DNA of 63,190 nucleotides from Eubacteriales bacterium (GCA_045659365.1 JAZOWT010000124.1:1-63190); one strand, 5' to 3'. Positions 46,914 to 55,548 are shown, counted from the first letter of the stretch. The notes: generated by a model from the sequence alone, not told the origin. Numbers and translations: made by a program.

Positions 46914-46927
46914 GGTTAATATTAACC
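46914..46927. promoter_or_regulatory. perfect 14-bp palindrome GGTTAATATTAACC (candidate operator or 5'-UTR hairpin)
   Basis: Self-complementary by inspection. It lies between the predicted -10 and the RBS of the first TIM-barrel gene and overlaps a second palindrome CCGTT-ATA-AACGG (46903-46915). Confidence 0.35.
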
Positions 46928-46944
46928 AAGAGAGGTTTGATTTT

Positions 46945-47703
46945 ATGAAGCTCGGAGCACAGCTTTTTTCACTTCGTACAAGTTGCGAAACACCTGCAGA
47001 TTTACTTAACACAATGAAAAGAGTCAAGGCAATGGGATACGATGTTGCGCAGGCATCCGGAATTTGCCAGATTGATGGCGACCTTCTTCGCTCTTACATA
47101 GAGGAGACCGGCTTACCTATCACCTGTACACACCGCTCCTTTGACGAAATAGTTAATCACACCGAAGAATCTATAAAATGGCACAAGACCATCGGCTCTC
47201 CCATCGTTGGTATTGGTAGCATGCCCACCGAATACCACGGCAGCTACGAGGGACTGAAGAAGTTCAAGGATGCAATCATTGAGCCCGTAAAGAGAATCCG
47301 TGATGCAGGACTTAGCTTTACATACCACAATCACGCATTTGAATTTGAAAATTGGGACGGTATTCTTCCCTACGATTATATGATCGAGGAGATCCCCGAG
47401 TTCGACTTTATCCACGACGTATATTGGTCCACCTACGCAGGAGAATGCCCTGCTAAGTACATCAAGCTTCTTGCAGAGTCAGGCAGAATGACCGACGTAC
47501 ACTTCAAGGATATGAAATCAGAGCCCAAGGGCCCTATCTGTGCATGCGGTGACGGTATCATCGACTTCGCTCCCCTTGCAGATCTCTGCTATTCCCTCGG
47601 TGTTAAGAACGTTCTCGTAGAGCAGGACAACGCGCCCGACTTCGAGGATTCATTTGAGCAGATGGAAAGAAGCATCAAGCATCTTCGCCCGATTATAAAG
47701 TAA
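46945..47703 (+). CDS. sugar phosphate isomerase/epimerase (xylose isomerase-like TIM barrel)
   Basis: 252 aa. Pattern of beta-strand-end acidic and His residues (YHNHAFEF, VHFKD, LVEQD) is typical of AP_endonuc_2/IolE/IolI-type TIM barrels. Confidence 0.75.
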   Translation: MKLGAQLFSLRTSCETPADLLNTMKRVKAMGYDVAQASGICQIDGDLLRSYIEETGLPITCTHRSFDEIVNHTEESIKWHKTIGSPIVGIGSMPTEYHGSYEGLKKFKDAIIEPVKRIRDAGLSFTYHNHAFEFENWDGILPYDYMIEEIPEFDFIHDVYWSTYAGECPAKYIKLLAESGRMTDVHFKDMKSEPKGPICACGDGIIDFAPLADLCYSLGVKNVLVEQDNAPDFEDSFEQMERSIKHLRPIIK

Positions 47704-47714
47704 GGAGAGCTGAA

Positions 47715-48596
47715 ATGGCAGAATTTGTACTCTCGGCCTTTGCAGATGAGGCGGGCGACTCTCTTGACGAGCAGATAGCCGCACTTGTCGGTAACGGCAT
47801 ACATTATATAGAGCCCAGAAACATCGATCGTGTAGGTGTTCTGGATCACACTGAGCAGTCCCTTGCTGCGATCAAAGCAAAGCTTGACGAAAACGGAATC
47901 AAGGTCGGATCTCTTGGATCCCCTATTGGTAAATATGACATTGACGCAGACTTCGACAGCTATCTTGTAACCTTCGAGAAGGCACTTCGAGCCTGCGAGA
48001 TACTTGGAACAACCAAGATGCGTATGTTCAGCTTTTTTGTAGAACAAGATAAGCTTGCTGAGCATCGCGACGAGGTAATACGCCGACTTCAGATATTAGT
48101 TGATCTGGCAAGCAAGCGTGGAATCACCCTTTGTCACGAAAACGAGTCTAGAATATACGGTCAGATGCCCAACGAGGTAAACGACCTTATGGATAACGTT
48201 AAGGGCCTCAAGGCTATATTCGACCCTGCAAATTACAGAATGAACGACGGTGACGTAATGGCAGGCATCGAGGCAACGCTCAAGAGCTTTGCATACCTTC
48301 ACATAAAGGATGCCGTCTACGAAACCCAGACTATACTCCCTGCCGGCGAGGGCGAGGGACGTATCCCTGAAATAATAAACATCGTAAACGAAAAGATAGA
48401 TGGCCCGGTTATGCTTACGCTTGAGCCCCACCTCAGCATTTTCTTTGCTTATGCAAGCATTGATGACCACGAGCTTAAAGGCAAATACAAGTTTGAAACT
48501 ACCAGAGAAGCATTTGATTTTGCTACTAACACACTCAAAAAGCTTCTTATAGACAATGGATACAGAGAGGATGAAAACGGCAAATGGAAAAAGTAA
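47715..48596 (+). CDS. sugar phosphate isomerase/epimerase (xylose isomerase-like TIM barrel)
   Basis: 293 aa. LCHENE, FDPANY, LHIKD and LEPHL are metal-site-like motifs of the same fold. Confidence 0.75.
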   Translation: MAEFVLSAFADEAGDSLDEQIAALVGNGIHYIEPRNIDRVGVLDHTEQSLAAIKAKLDENGIKVGSLGSPIGKYDIDADFDSYLVTFEKALRACEILGTTKMRMFSFFVEQDKLAEHRDEVIRRLQILVDLASKRGITLCHENESRIYGQMPNEVNDLMDNVKGLKAIFDPANYRMNDGDVMAGIEATLKSFAYLHIKDAVYETQTILPAGEGEGRIPEIINIVNEKIDGPVMLTLEPHLSIFFAYASIDDHELKGKYKFETTREAFDFATNTLKKLLIDNGYREDENGKWKK

Positions 48597-49738
48597 GATT
48601 TGGCATTGTTGGCTGCGGTAATATGGGTACCGGCCACGCAAAAAACTTCCTTGAGGGTAAGATCGCTAACGGTTATATAAGCGCGGTATGTGACACCAAC
48701 CCCAAAAAGTTCAAGTTCTTTGAGGAAAAATTCGGAGATAGTATCAAGTATTACAACACTGCAACCGAGATGTTCAAGAGCGGTGAATGTGACGTTGTTA
48801 TAATCTGCACTCCCCACTATATACACCCCGATCTCGCTATTGAGGCTCTTGATAACGATCTTAACTGCATCGTAGAGAAGCCTGCCGGTGTTTATACCCT
48901 TCAGGTAAAGAAGATGCTCGAGAGAGCTGAAAAGTCCGACAAGATCCTTGGCATTATGTTCAACCAGAGAACCAATCCCGCATTCAAGAAGATGCGCCAG
49001 ATGATCAAGGACGGTAAGATCGGTGATATTAAGAGAACCAACTGGATAATCACCGACTGGTACAGAACCCAGTACTACTACGACACCGGCGCATGGCGTG
49101 CGACCTGGGTTGGCGAGGGCGGAGGCGTGCTTTACAACCAGGCACCTCATCAGCTCGACCTGTTCCAGTGGATCGTAGGTATGATGCCCTCCAAGCTTCG
49201 TGCATTCTGCCATTTCGGAAAGTGGCACAACATCGAGGTTGAGGACGACGTTACCTGCTATTGCGAGTATCCCAACGGTGCAACAGGCGTATTTATCACC
49301 ACCACCGCAGATGCACCCGGCACCAACCGTTTTGAGGTAACCGGTACCAAGGGTACACTTATATTTGAAGAGAATAAGCTGCTCTACAAGGAACTCAAAA
49401 TCGACGAGCGTGAGCACTGCTTCACGACCGATAAGGGCTTTGAAAAGCCAGAGTGCCTGCCTGCCGTTGAGGTTGAGCTTGAGGGCGAGAATTCCCAGCA
49501 TTCCGGCATTTGCAACAACATTGCCAATGCTATTCTCGGCCTTGAGGAGGTTTATGCACCTGCAAAGGACGGTATCTTCGGTGTTCAGCTTGCGAATGCT
49601 ATGCTCCTTTCTACCTGGCTTGACAAGGATATTGAGCTTCCCTTTGACGATGAGCTCTTCTACGAGGAGCTTAAGAAGAGAATTGCAACCTCCAAGCCTC
49701 GCGAAACTGCAAACGACGATATAGTAGCGGCACAGTAA
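48584..49738 (+). CDS. Gfo/Idh/MocA-family oxidoreductase
   Basis: N-terminal Rossmann RFGIVGCGNMG, the EKP motif (VEKPAG), and a C-terminal alpha/beta domain. It overlaps the previous gene by 13 nt. Confidence 0.85.
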   Translation: MEKVRFGIVGCGNMGTGHAKNFLEGKIANGYISAVCDTNPKKFKFFEEKFGDSIKYYNTATEMFKSGECDVVIICTPHYIHPDLAIEALDNDLNCIVEKPAGVYTLQVKKMLERAEKSDKILGIMFNQRTNPAFKKMRQMIKDGKIGDIKRTNWIITDWYRTQYYYDTGAWRATWVGEGGGVLYNQAPHQLDLFQWIVGMMPSKLRAFCHFGKWHNIEVEDDVTCYCEYPNGATGVFITTTADAPGTNRFEVTGTKGTLIFEENKLLYKELKIDEREHCFTTDKGFEKPECLPAVEVELEGENSQHSGICNNIANAILGLEEVYAPAKDGIFGVQLANAMLLSTWLDKDIELPFDDELFYEELKKRIATSKPRETANDDIVAAQ

Positions 49739-49740
49739 TC

Positions 49741-50745
49741 ATGGGAAATAAGCAGTTTAAGGTTGCGCTTATCGGTTGTGGATCGATAGCACTCAACCAC
49801 TTCATGGCGCTCGAACACGTAGAAAACGCAAAGGTTATCGCCCTTTGTGACGTCAAGCCCGAAAGATGTACCGCATACATAGAAAAGTTTGGCTTTGATG
49901 CTAAGATATATACCGATTATATCGAGATGTACGACACTGAAAAGCCCGATGCCGTACATATAACTACCCCGCACTACCTTCACGCAGAAATGACGATAGC
50001 GGCACTTGAGCGCGGCATTGACGTGTTCCTTGAGAAGCCTATGTGCATCAGCACCGACGAGATTACAAGAATCATCGAGGCAGAAAAGAAAAGCACCGCA
50101 CGTGTGTGTGTATCATTCCAGAACAGATTTCTCACCGCTGTACGCGAAGCAGTCCGCATTGCAGAAGAGGACGGCGGCGCACTCATCGGAAACTTCTGCG
50201 TTTTTTGGGAGAGATCCGAAAAGTATTATACCGAGTCCGGTTGGCGCGGCAGCTACGCGACAGAAGGCGGCGGTGTAATGATCAACCAGGCTATACACTC
50301 GCTCGATATGCTTACCCTGTTTCTTGGCAAGCCGGTCAGCGTTTGCGCAACCAAGTCCAATCACCACCTCAAGGGTATAATCGAGGTTGAGGACTCATGC
50401 GAGGGCGTTATCGAGTTTGAGGGCGGCAAGAAGGCGAACTTCTATGCTACTACCTCGGCCGGTGTGCGCGATCATACGGCACTGACCGTCATGACAAAAA
50501 ATCATACCATCCGCATCGAGCCCCCGGAGCTTTACGTGGATGGCGAGCATATTCCCTTTGAAAAGGAGATCGCGGCGGTTGGTAAGCAGTGTTACGGCAA
50601 CGGACACTACAAGATAATACCGATGTTTTACGACGCTATCGAAACAGGAAAGCCGATGCCCGTCAGTGCAGAAAGCGCACAGTATGCGGTAAGAATTTTA
50701 CTGACAGCGTATAAATCGAACGACGAAAAAACAATACTACTGTAA
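49741..50745 (+). CDS. Gfo/Idh/MocA-family oxidoreductase
   Basis: VALIGCGSIA Rossmann motif and LEKP motif. Starts 2 nt after the previous stop. Confidence 0.85.
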   Translation: MGNKQFKVALIGCGSIALNHFMALEHVENAKVIALCDVKPERCTAYIEKFGFDAKIYTDYIEMYDTEKPDAVHITTPHYLHAEMTIAALERGIDVFLEKPMCISTDEITRIIEAEKKSTARVCVSFQNRFLTAVREAVRIAEEDGGALIGNFCVFWERSEKYYTESGWRGSYATEGGGVMINQAIHSLDMLTLFLGKPVSVCATKSNHHLKGIIEVEDSCEGVIEFEGGKKANFYATTSAGVRDHTALTVMTKNHTIRIEPPELYVDGEHIPFEKEIAAVGKQCYGNGHYKIIPMFYDAIETGKPMPVSAESAQYAVRILLTAYKSNDEKTILL

Positions 50746-50847
50746 TAACAAAAAAACTGCCTTTGATTTTACACAAAACGACATTTTGTCACAAAATACA
50801 AGGCAGAATTGTAAAGTTGTAATAATCAAAGAAAAGGATAATGTAAT

Positions 50848-51699
50848 ATGAATTTACCTCTTAACATTGATCTCAGCGGCAAGGTTGCCGTTGTTACCGG
50901 TGCGGGCGGTGTGCTCTGCTCCGACTTTGCAAAGGCTATTGCACAGTGCGGCGCAAAGGTTGCGCTGCTCGACATCAATCTTGATGCGGCAGAAAAGTAT
51001 GCACAGGAGATCCGCGATGCCGGATACACTGCTATTGCAGTAAAGGCTAACTGCCTCGAAAAGGCCAGCCTTGAGGAAGCAAAGGCAGTTGTTGACGAAA
51101 AGCTCGGCGCTTGTGACATTCTTATCAACGGTGCGGGCGGAAACAACCCCAGAGCTACCACCGCTAACGAGTATTTTGACATTGATGCACTTGAGAACCC
51201 TGAGGTTCAGGACTTCTTCTCTCTTTCCGCTGATGGATTCAAGTTTGTATTTGACCTCAACGTAACTGCTGCATTCCTTACCACTCAGGTATTTGCACGC
51301 GATATGGCGAAGAACGGCAAGGGTAACATCCTCAACATCTCATCGATGAATGCGTTCAGACCCCTTACCAAGATTCCTGCATACAGCGCGGCAAAGGCGG
51401 CTGTTTCAAACTTCACTCAGTGGCTTGCAGTTCATTTTGCACAGGCCGGCATCAGAGTTAACGCTATTGCTCCCGGCTTCTTCGTTTCTAACCAGAACAG
51501 AGCCCTGCTCTTCAATCCCGACGGAACTCCTACCCCCAGAACCGGCAAGATCCTCGGCGGTACCCCTATGAAGAGATTCGGCGAGTCCGAGGAGCTTCTC
51601 GGCGGTCTTCTCTTCTTCCTTTCCGATGAAGCCTCAAGCTTTATCACCGGCGTTGTTCTTCCTATTGACGGAGGCTTCTCCGCTTATTCCGGAGTATAA
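50848..51699 (+). CDS. SDR-family oxidoreductase (resembles YjmF/UxuB-type short-chain D-mannonate oxidoreductases)
   Basis: VTGAGGVLC cofactor motif, NGAGGN, catalytic YSAAK. Confidence 0.8.
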   Translation: MNLPLNIDLSGKVAVVTGAGGVLCSDFAKAIAQCGAKVALLDINLDAAEKYAQEIRDAGYTAIAVKANCLEKASLEEAKAVVDEKLGACDILINGAGGNNPRATTANEYFDIDALENPEVQDFFSLSADGFKFVFDLNVTAAFLTTQVFARDMAKNGKGNILNISSMNAFRPLTKIPAYSAAKAAVSNFTQWLAVHFAQAGIRVNAIAPGFFVSNQNRALLFNPDGTPTPRTGKILGGTPMKRFGESEELLGGLLFFLSDEASSFITGVVLPIDGGFSAYSGV

Positions 51700-51705
51700 T
51701 AGAAA

Positions 51706-51742
51706 AAACAAAAAACGGACATCGTGTGATGTCCGTTTTTTG
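51706..51742. terminator. bidirectional intrinsic terminator (SDR gene / membrane protein gene)
   Basis: AAAAACGGACATC (51711-51723), loop GTGT, then GATGTCCGTTTTT (51728-51740). Confidence 0.85.
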
Positions 51743-51752
51743 TTATATCTTT

Positions 51753-52652
51753 TTAGTCGATGCTGGTCTTATGAAGCTCGGTGTGAAGCGCCTTGAAGAT
51801 GAGTGCGTGAGATGCAAGGTAGCCTGCGGTAGCAAGCTTGATGATTCCCTCAACCCAAGCACCGCCGATAAGAGAAACAATAGCGAGTACTGCGCTGATA
51901 CCTGCAAGGATAAGGGGGAGAATGAAGGGAGGCTTATTTCCCTTGTCATACTGAGAGCCCTCAGAGGTTGCGATAAGAGTATCGTAGTAGTTCTTAATAT
52001 TGCTATAAACGAGAATGCTGAATACGGCTATGGCAAACGAGATAAATCCAAAGAGAATGGTAATGATGATCGCGCCTATACCGTCCTTCATACCGGCGAA
52101 TGCATTAGCAAGACCGAGACCCGAATATCCCCAGAAATCAACAACCTCAGCGATAATATCGTAGTTGGTGTTGAAATTGTTGCTGACATCAGGACCGATA
52201 ATGGAGTTACCAAGGATGCAAAGGAACATCGAAACGCCTGCGTCTATGCATGAGAATACTGCGAAGAAATAAAGAAGCTTGGGAAGAATAGCAATTTTAG
52301 ATGCTCTGATGTTGAGCTCAGCATTGCCGTCCTTGTAAAGCTTAAGTGTGTAGATGATAGCGAAGACTGCTGCTGCAAGGATTGCCGAATGAACGAGGCA
52401 AGCTGCGATTCTACCAAACAGAGAGGTTATAAAGCCCGCATTTGCAACACCTGCTCCACCCAAGAAGAGGTTAGACACCCACATAAGCACATATCCCAGT
52501 GCCATAAGACAAAGAGATGCAAATGCTACTATGTAGGGTACGGAGGGGGTGCCGGATGCTTTAGCGACAGGCTGTACATTTACCTCAGGCTGTGCGCTTT
52601 CAACGACTTCCTGCACGTTAGCAAGTTCCTGCTCACAATTCTGACAGTTCAT
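51753..52652 (-). CDS. hypothetical polytopic membrane protein with N-terminal CxxC motif
   Basis: 299 aa. N-terminal MNCQNCEQEL, then about 7 hydrophobic helices. AGGAG RBS. Family not recognised. Confidence 0.65.
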   Translation of the reverse strand: MNCQNCEQELANVQEVVESAQPEVNVQPVAKASGTPSVPYIVAFASLCLMALGYVLMWVSNLFLGGAGVANAGFITSLFGRIAACLVHSAILAAAVFAIIYTLKLYKDGNAELNIRASKIAILPKLLYFFAVFSCIDAGVSMFLCILGNSIIGPDVSNNFNTNYDIIAEVVDFWGYSGLGLANAFAGMKDGIGAIIITILFGFISFAIAVFSILVYSNIKNYYDTLIATSEGSQYDKGNKPPFILPLILAGISAVLAIVSLIGGAWVEGIIKLATAGYLASHALIFKALHTELHKTSID

Positions 52653-52684
52653 ATATATACTCCTAGATTTTATTTACTTTATGT

Positions 52685-52713
52685 ATTATAGCATTACTGT
52701 ACCGATTTGTCAA
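52685..52713 (-). promoter_or_regulatory. consensus sigma-A-type promoter of the membrane protein gene
   Basis: Minus strand: TTGACA (52713-52708), 17 nt, TATAAT (52690-52685). Confidence 0.6.
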
Positions 52714-52753
52714 GCGATTGAAGAAAAAAAGGCAGAGTTTAGGAGATATAAAG

Positions 52754-52790
52754 AAAAAACAAGGCTGATTGCACCTCAACCTTGTTTTTT
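52754..52790. terminator. intrinsic terminator after the nucleotidyltransferase gene (symmetric A/T runs)
   Basis: AACAAGG (52758-52764) pairs with CCTTGTT (52780-52786), flanked by an A-run and a T-run. Confidence 0.7.
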
Positions 52791-52799
52791 ATATGCCGA

Positions 52800-53711
52800 T
52801 CAGAAGTTCTCGGGATAAACTCCGTTAGCGATAAGCTCCTTGAATGCGGCAGTAACGGTTTCCTTATCCTCCTTGTAGGTAACGCCGTACCACTTGTCAG
52901 AGTTGTCAAGCACTTTAACGTCAGCCTTGCCCTCCTTGATAAGCTCGGAAACTACGGTAGGAAGGAAAAACTCGCACTTTTCGGGGTTGGTAGCAATACC
53001 TTTATCGAGGAATGCGGGAAATCTCGCTGCACACTCCTTGATGTATGAGGGAGTGAAGCCCCACAGGTTCATAGAAACGAGGGTGTCGGGATCAAGAGGA
53101 GTGTCAACGCCGTCCTCAGTAAAGTAGATTTCGTTGCCGTTTACACCGATCTTGGTGCGCTCAACGATTTCGGTAAGCATAGAATTCTCGTCTGCCTCAC
53201 AAACACCGCGGGACACGGTTCCCTGCTCGGTTACGGTGTTCTTGATGCGGTAGCCAACCATCGCATAGTGATACTTATCCCCGTCGGTTGAATTCTTAAG
53301 GAAGTTGTAGATCTTGGTGAATGCGTTTGCGCCATAGTAGTCATCTGCATTGATAACCGCAAAGGGGGCATCCACAGTGCCAAGGCAACAGAGGATCGCA
53401 TGGGCGGTTCCCCATGGCTTACGTCTGCAGTCGGGAACGGTATATCCCTCGGGAAGCTTATCAAGCTCCTGGAATACGTACTTAACGTTAACGTCCTTGC
53501 CTGCAAGGTGGGCATCCATTACCTCACGGAAATCCTTCTCGATCTCCTTTTTGATAATGAAGGTAATGTCCTTGAAGCCTGCGCGGATAGCATCATATAT
53601 TGAGTAATCGATTATAATATGACCTGCGGCATCGACCTTATCGATCTGCTTAAGTCCGCCGTAGCGACTACCCATACCTGCGGCCATTATAACGAGCTCG
53701 GGATTTTTCAT
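52800..53711 (-). CDS. sugar-phosphate nucleotidyltransferase-family protein
   Basis: N-terminal LVIMAAGMGSRYGG...K (the G-x-G-[ST]-R pyrophosphorylase loop). The rest reads as a glycosyltransferase-A-like NTP_transferase fold. Substrate unknown. Confidence 0.75.
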   Translation of the reverse strand: MKNPELVIMAAGMGSRYGGLKQIDKVDAAGHIIIDYSIYDAIRAGFKDITFIIKKEIEKDFREVMDAHLAGKDVNVKYVFQELDKLPEGYTVPDCRRKPWGTAHAILCCLGTVDAPFAVINADDYYGANAFTKIYNFLKNSTDGDKYHYAMVGYRIKNTVTEQGTVSRGVCEADENSMLTEIVERTKIGVNGNEIYFTEDGVDTPLDPDTLVSMNLWGFTPSYIKECAARFPAFLDKGIATNPEKCEFFLPTVVSELIKEGKADVKVLDNSDKWYGVTYKEDKETVTAAFKELIANGVYPENF

Positions 53712-53746
53712 TATTTGAATCTCCTTGAATAATTGTAGTTACGTTC

Positions 53747-53775
53747 AGTATAGCACATTAAGGGGGCATTTTCAA
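53747..53775 (-). promoter_or_regulatory. promoter of the nucleotidyltransferase gene
   Basis: Minus strand: TTGAAA (53775-53770), 17 nt, TATACT (53752-53747). Confidence 0.55.
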
Positions 53776-53855
53776 GTAAAAGAGAATTATTTTTTTGTAA
53801 AATAGAGTTGTTTCGGAGTAATAATCACATATTTGGTCGATTTTTGTATAAATGC

Positions 53856-53884
53856 TTGAAAAGTAAAATAAAAAGATGTATAAT
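53856..53884 (+). promoter_or_regulatory. promoter of upp
   Basis: TTGAAA (53856-53861), 17 nt, TATAAT (53879-53884). Confidence 0.6.
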
Positions 53885-53919
53885 AAAGGGCGAAAGAAAA
53901 AACGAAAGGACGTGGCTAT

Positions 53920-54549
53920 ATGAGCACACTTCATGTAATTGACCATCCCCTTATTCAGCACAAGCTTACAATAATGAGAAGCAAGAACACTGCATCGAAG
54001 GACTTCCGCGAGCTTCTTGATGAGATTTCCATGCTTATGGGATACGAGGTAACCAGAGATCTTCCCCTTGAGGATATCGAGATCTCGACCCCTATCTGCA
54101 AGGCAACCTGCAAAAGAATCGCAGGTAAGAAGCTGGCAATCGTGCCGATCCTCCGCGCCGGACTTGGCATGGTAGACGGTCTTCTTCGTCTTGTACCCGT
54201 TGCAAGAGTGGGACACATCGGACTTTACCGTGATCCCGATAGCCACGAGCCTGTTGAATATTACTGCAAAATGCCCCCCGATATCGCAAACAGACTTGTT
54301 ATCATAGTTGACCCTATGCTTGCTACCGGCGGTTCTGCCGCAGATGCTATCACTATGGTAAAGGCAAAGGGTGCGACCAACGTCCGCCTTATGTGCCTTG
54401 TTTCCGCACCTGAGGGTGTTGCAAAGGTTCAGGAAGCGCATCCCGACGTTGATATTTACACCGCTTCACTTGACGAGAAGCTCAACGATCACGCTTATAT
54501 CGTCCCCGGTCTTGGCGATGCGGGCGACAGAATTTTCGGAACTAAGTAA
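53920..54549 (+). CDS. upp: uracil phosphoribosyltransferase
   Basis: [13 protein letters not shown]-terminus, PRPP motif [14 protein letters not shown]-terminal [17 protein letters not shown]. Confidence 0.96.
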   Translation: MSTLHVIDHPLIQHKLTIMRSKNTASKDFRELLDEISMLMGYEVTRDLPLEDIEISTPICKATCKRIAGKKLAIVPILRAGLGMVDGLLRLVPVARVGHIGLYRDPDSHEPVEYYCKMPPDIANRLVIIVDPMLATGGSAADAITMVKAKGATNVRLMCLVSAPEGVAKVQEAHPDVDIYTASLDEKLNDHAYIVPGLGDAGDRIFGTK

Positions 54550-55511
54550 TGCGCGAGCTCATAATTGGAAAGAACGATGCAGGTCAGCGCCTTGATAAGT
54601 TTATAACCAAGACTCTCGAATTACCTACCGGTCTTTTATACAAATCAATTCGTACAAAAAAGATCAAGGTAAACCGCAAGCGTGCAGAGATAAGTACAAT
54701 TCTTTGCGAGGGAGATACGATACAGTGCTTCCTTGCAGAGGAGTTCTTTGAGCGCGAGGTGGATGACGGTTCGCTTGCCAGAATCACACCTAAGTTGTCT
54801 ATCGTGTACGAGGATGAGAACATAATGCTGCTCGACAAGCGCCCGGGTGTTTCGGTGCATGAGGACGAGAATGGCTCGACAAACACTCTTATCACTCACA
54901 TACTCGCCTACCTTTATCAAAAGGGTGAGTACAATCCCGAAAATGAGCAAAGCTTCACCCCTGCCCTGTGCAACCGCATAGACCGTAACACCGGTGGTAT
55001 TGTTATTGCGGCAAAGACGGCAGAGGCACTGCGCGTTATGAACGAAAAGATAAAGGAGCGCGAGATAGATAAGTTTTATCTTGCGGCGATACACGGTATA
55101 CCAAAAAAGAGTGAGGACACCCTGTACGGCTTTCTTTTGAAGGACGAAAAGAGCAACCTTGTTAAGGTTTATGACAAGAATCCACCAAGAGGCGCAAAGA
55201 ACATAATTACCAAGTACAAGGTCATCGCGAAGAAGAGCGATTCTGCCCTTATTGAGGTTGAGCTCCTGACCGGCAGAACGCATCAGATACGCGCACATAT
55301 GTCACATATCGGGCATCCTCTGATAGGTGACGGAAAGTATGGAATAAACAAGGATGACAGGGGCCGCGGATACAAGTATCAGGCTCTGTACTCCTACAAG
55401 CTTCGCTTTGCATTCAAGGGAGAGCCCACTGCTCTCGAATACCTTAACGGCAAGGAGTTCACCATACCCAAAAAGGATATTTACTTTACAAAGGAATATT
55501 TTGAGAGATAA
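54549..55511 (+). CDS. RluA-family pseudouridine synthase (RluD/RluC-like, with S4-like N-terminus)
   Basis: Catalytic motif CNRIDRNTGGIVIAAK and THQIRAH. Its ATG overlaps the upp stop. Confidence 0.88.
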   Translation: MRELIIGKNDAGQRLDKFITKTLELPTGLLYKSIRTKKIKVNRKRAEISTILCEGDTIQCFLAEEFFEREVDDGSLARITPKLSIVYEDENIMLLDKRPGVSVHEDENGSTNTLITHILAYLYQKGEYNPENEQSFTPALCNRIDRNTGGIVIAAKTAEALRVMNEKIKEREIDKFYLAAIHGIPKKSEDTLYGFLLKDEKSNLVKVYDKNPPRGAKNIITKYKVIAKKSDSALIEVELLTGRTHQIRAHMSHIGHPLIGDGKYGINKDDRGRGYKYQALYSYKLRFAFKGEPTALEYLNGKEFTIPKKDIYFTKEYFER

Positions 55512-55546
55512 AAAAAGATTGCCGACGGTTGTCGGCAATCTTTTTT
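55511..55546. terminator. bidirectional intrinsic terminator (rluA-family gene / dut)
   Basis: AAGATTGCCGAC, loop GGTT, GTCGGCAATCTT, with flanking A7 and T6 runs. Confidence 0.85.
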
Positions 55547-55548
55547 GT

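Noticed and set aside
48449-49501. 350-aa minus-strand ORF antisense to the first Gfo/Idh/MocA gene
   Set aside because: Codon-aligned shadow frame (49499 - 48584 = 3 x 305). No motifs.
51753-53711. Nucleotidyltransferase plus adjacent membrane protein as a possible CBASS-like (cyclase + TM effector) defence pair
   Set aside because: The 303-aa protein carries the sugar-1-phosphate nucleotidyltransferase loop (AAGMGSRYGG...K), not the pol-beta GS...DxD motif of a CD-NTase. The two genes are separated by a terminator and each has its own consensus promoter, so they are not an operon.
53758-54441. 227-aa minus-strand ORF antisense to upp, and the 217-aa ORF (54645-55298) antisense to the RluA-family gene
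   Set aside because: Both overlap well-supported conserved genes, lack motifs and RBS, and are shadow frames.
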